Notes under the pieces: model-generated
What the model was told of the DNA's origin: nothing
Seen by the model: the letters and a program-made list of their open reading frames with translations, nothing else
Databases searched by the model: none
Part shown: one piece after another, positions 59,750 through 64,000 of the stretch
Layout of the letters: each line of letters opens with the position of its first letter
Numbering within the stretch: position 1 is the stretch's first letter
Translations under genes and position numbers: made by a program
NCBI GenBank assembly: GCA_964016885.1
Contig: OZ024755.1
Coordinates: forward strand, 17,732,001-17,796,000
Length of the DNA stretch: 64,000 bases
Reading direction: 5' to 3'
From: Eledone cirrhosa
Taxonomy: Eukaryota

Positions 59750-60530
59750 AAGTAGCATGGCTTAGTGGTTAGAGCATTGGGCTTGCAATCGAAAGGTTGT
59801 GAGTTCAATTCTCAGACCGGCTGATGTGTTGTTTCCTTGAGCAAGACATTTTATTTTACATTTACTCCAGTTTACTCATCATCATCATCATCATTTTACG
59901 TCCACTTTTCCCTGCTGCAAGGGTGGGACGAGAACTGATTCTGGCTTTATTTCTACAGCTGGATGCCCTTCCTAATACCAACCTCATTTACAGTGAGTGC
60001 TGGGGGGGTTTTGCCGTGGCACCTACTTTGCAGTGGAATGATAGTGACCCCAGTCCCTATCATCTCATTTCTACAGCTGAGTAAACTGGAGCAATGTGAA
60101 ATAAAGTGTCTTGCTCAAGGAAACAACACATCACCCGGTCTGAGAATTGAACTCACAACCTTTCAATTGCAAGGCCAATGCTCTAACCACTAAGCCATGT
60201 GCCTCACTCAGCTGTAGAAATGAGATGATGGCACTGGGGTCCTTATCATTCCACTGCAAAGTGATCATGTAGGCGCCTCGGAAAAAAAACACCCAGCCCA
60301 CACTGTAAAGTGGACGTGTAGGCGCCACGGAAAAAAAGCACCCAGCACTCACTGAAAATGAGGTTGGTGTTAGGAAGGGCATCCAGCTGTAAAAATCAAG
60401 CCAGAATCAGTTCCCGTATGAGCAAGACAAGGTCAGCCAACCAGACACTGCCCACAACAGGACAACCCGTCTAACCCATGCTAGCGTGGAAGAATGGACA
60501 TAAAACAGTGATGATGATGATGATGATTAC
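59750..60530. mobile_element. Nested SINE cluster (minus-strand copy inside a plus-strand copy)
   Basis: Plus copy broken at ...TTTACTCA and resumes at ACTCAGCTGTAG around an inverted copy. Confidence 0.75.
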
Positions 60531-60997
60531 TATATATATATACTATTGTATTTTCACGTTAAACACTTTATCTAACATAATTATCTCATATAATATCGGA
60601 TCTATGAGATTTTGATATTATTTATTTTGAGAACAATACATTAACACCCGTATGAGTGGCTGGTTACAGCCAGTTTGAACAGAAAGAGGTAAGAGAATTC
60701 TGGCCAGATATGGCCAGTTAAATACCTTCCCTCATAATTTTATGTAAGAACCTTTGTTAAGTTATGTTCCAATTATCAGTTTCAATACTGAGACAGATAT
60801 ATTACTCAATCTTTTATCCTAAATATGCTAACAAAAGATTTAACTAATACTGCATCTCACATACAGTAGAGTGGAGGGTCGTATGTAAGCGGGATACAGG
60901 CTGCCCATCCAAGGGATCTGTAACGCCGCTTCAGTAGTGATTTGGTCTGTAGATGGCCCCCATCCCATCCTCACTAGCAGAAAGAGTAGACATTAAA

Positions 60998-61830
60998 TGA
61001 TGATGATGGTGATGATGACAGTAGTGGTGGTGGTGGTGGTGGTGATGATGATGGCTTGGTGGTGGTGGTGGTGGTGATGGTGGTGGTGTTGGTAGTGATA
61101 ATAATGATGGTGTTGGTGGTGGTGTTGGAAGTGATAATAATGATGGTGTTGGTGGTGGTGGTGATGGTGATGATGATAATGATGGCTTGATGGTTGTGGT
61201 GGTGGTGGTGTTGGTAGTGATGATAATGATGGTGTTGGTGGTGGTGGCGTTGATGATGATAATGATGGCTTGGTGGTGATGATGGTGGTGTTGATGGTGG
61301 TGGTGATGGTAGAGATAATGATGGTGTTGGTGGTGATGGTGATGATGATAATGATGGCTTGGTGGTGGTGGTGGTGGTGGTGTTGGTAGTGATGATAATG
61401 ATGGTGTTGGTGGTGGTGGCGTTGATGATGATAATGATGGCTTGGTGGTGGTGATGGTGGTGTTGATGGTGGTGGTGATGGTAGAGATAATGATGGTGTT
61501 GGTGGTGATGGTGATGATGATAATGATGGCTTGATGGTTGTGGTGGTGGTGGTGGTGTTGGTAGTGATGATAATGATGGTGTTGGTGGTGGTGGCGTTGA
61601 TGATGATAATGATGGCTTGGTGGTGGTGATGGTGGTGGTGGTGATGGTAGAGATAATGATGGTGTTGGTGGTGGTGGTGATGGTGATGATGATAGTGGTG
61701 GTGTTGGTGTTGGTGGTGGTGGTGGTGATGGTGATGATGATAATGATGGCTTGGTGGTGGTGGCATTGATGATGATAATGATGGCTTGGTGGTGGTGATG
61801 GTGGTGGTGGTGATGGTGATCATGATGATG
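60998..61830. repeat. (GGT/GAT)n compound microsatellite with higher-order blocks
   Basis: Direct inspection. Confidence 0.95.
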
Positions 61831-62042
61831 GAGAGAGACATTGTATTGCAGATTATTTATTGCACATTATGACAAAATGGAAGACAACAACAACAACAAC
61901 ATTAAATCAATTATGATAATAAAGGTGACGGTGGCGATGTTTATGTCTTCTGTTCAACTTTAAACTGTCTTACGGCATTCTAGTTTATGTTTTTATAAGC
62001 TAGTCATTAAGTCATTTTATTTACATATTGTTAATATGAAGA

Positions 62043-64000
62043 CATACACAGTAAACTGACGCACACAGACACACCAACACACCAACACACATACACACAG
62101 AGACACCAACACACATACACACAGACACACCAACACACATACACACAGAGACACCAACACACAGACACACCAACACACATACACACAGACACACCAACAC
62201 ACATCCACACAGACAGAGACACCAACACACACACACACAGAGACACCAACACACATACACACAGAGACACCAACACACATACACACAGACACACCAACAC
62301 ACATACACACAGACACACAGAGACACCAACACACAGACACACCAACACACATACACACAGAGACACCAACACACATACACACAGACACACCAACACACAT
62401 ACACACAGACACACAGAGACACCAACACACATACACACAGACACACCAACACACATACACACAGAGACACCAACACACATACACACAGAGACACCAACAC
62501 ACATACACACAGACACACCAACACACATACACACCAACACACATACACACAGACACACAGAGACACCAACACACATACACACAGACACACCAACACACAT
62601 ACACACAGACACACAGAGACACCAACACACAGACATACCAACACACATACACACAGAGACACCAACACACATACACACAGACACACCAACACACATACAC
62701 ACAGACACACAGACACCAACACACATACACACAGACACACCAACACACATACACACAGACACACAGAGACACCAACACACAGACACACCAACACACATAC
62801 ACACAGACACACCAACACACATCCACACAGACAGAGACACCAACACACACACAGAGACACCAACACACATACACAGAGACACCAACACATACACACAGAC
62901 ACCAACACACATACACACAGAGACACCAACACACACACAGAGACACCAATACACACACACAGACACACCAACACACATACACACAGACACACCAACACAC
63001 AGAGACACCAACACACATACACACAGAGACACCAACACACATACATACAGACACACCAACACACACACACATACATACAAACACATCAACACACATACAC
63101 ACACACAGAGACACCAACACACATACACACACACAGAGACACCAACACACATACACACAGAGACACCAACACACATACACACAGAGACACCAATACACAT
63201 ACACACAGAGACACCAACACACATACACACAGACACACCAACACACAGAGACACCAACACACATACACACAGAGACACCAACACACATACATACAGACAC
63301 ACCAACACACACACACATACATACAAACACACCAACACACATACACACACACAGAGACACCAACACACATACACACACACAGAGACACCAACACACATAC
63401 ACACAGAGACACCAACACACATACACACAGAGACACCAACACACATACACACAGAGACACCAATACACATACACACAGAGACACCAACACACATACACAC
63501 AGACACACCAACACACAGAGACACCAACACACATACACACAGAGACACCAACACACATACATACAGACACACCAACACACACACACATACATACAAACAC
63601 ACCAACACACATACACACACACAGAGACACCAACACACATACACACACACAGAGACACCAACACACATACACACAGAGACACCAACACACATACACACAG
63701 AGACACCAATACACATACACACAAAGACACCAACACACATACACACAGAGACACCAACACACATACACACAGAGACACCAACACACATACACACTGAGAC
63801 ACCAACACACATACACACAGAGACACCAACACACATACACACAGACACCAATACACTTACACACACACAGAGACACCAACACACACACAGAGACACCAAC
63901 ACACATACACAGAGACACCAACACAGACATACACACAGACACCAACACACATACACACAGAGACACCAACACACATACACACAGAGACACCAACACACAT
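62043..64000. repeat. CA-rich ~24-bp minisatellite running off the window end
   Basis: ACACACAGAGACACCAACACACAT variants. Confidence 0.95.

Noticed and set aside
60993-61841. His/Thr/Pro-rich 282-aa ORF
   Set aside because: Trinucleotide microsatellite that drifts between frames.
62017-63998. 650-aa Cys/Val-rich ORFs
   Set aside because: Translations of a CA-rich minisatellite, open in several frames, with no splice or family evidence.

Overview
AT-rich, repeat-dense eukaryotic genomic DNA. The SINE families and (TA)n/(CA)n/(GAT)n content suggest an octopus or other coleoid cephalopod (inference). Four spliced genes were reconstructed by hand from GT-AG junctions and phase continuity. (1) The last 12 coding exons of TMTC4 (+, 3141-24502). 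(2) A 4-exon, ~162-aa secreted single CUB-like-domain protein (-, 35953-30265). (3) RPP21, the RNase P/MRP p21 subunit (+, 39659-44873), divergent from gene 2. (4) A 9-exon, ~536-aa uncharacterised protein with a Glu-rich repeat exon (-, 58556-46265; 5' end possibly incomplete). Introns hold tRNA-derived SINEs, piggyBac-, hAT-, Tigger- and Merlin-type non-autonomous transposons, fragments of Ty3/gypsy, CRE, CR1, RTE and Penelope-like retroelements, and many minisatellites. The two most striking observations: a 774-bp foldback element with a 6-bp TSD that carries a canonical histone-mRNA 3' stem-loop in each arm, pointing outward; and a 10-copy tandem array of a TMTC4 splice acceptor plus 11 exonic nt that creates AG|11 nt|GT micro-exons able to regenerate the same mRNA. 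All long low-complexity ORFs in the supplied track are repeat artefacts.
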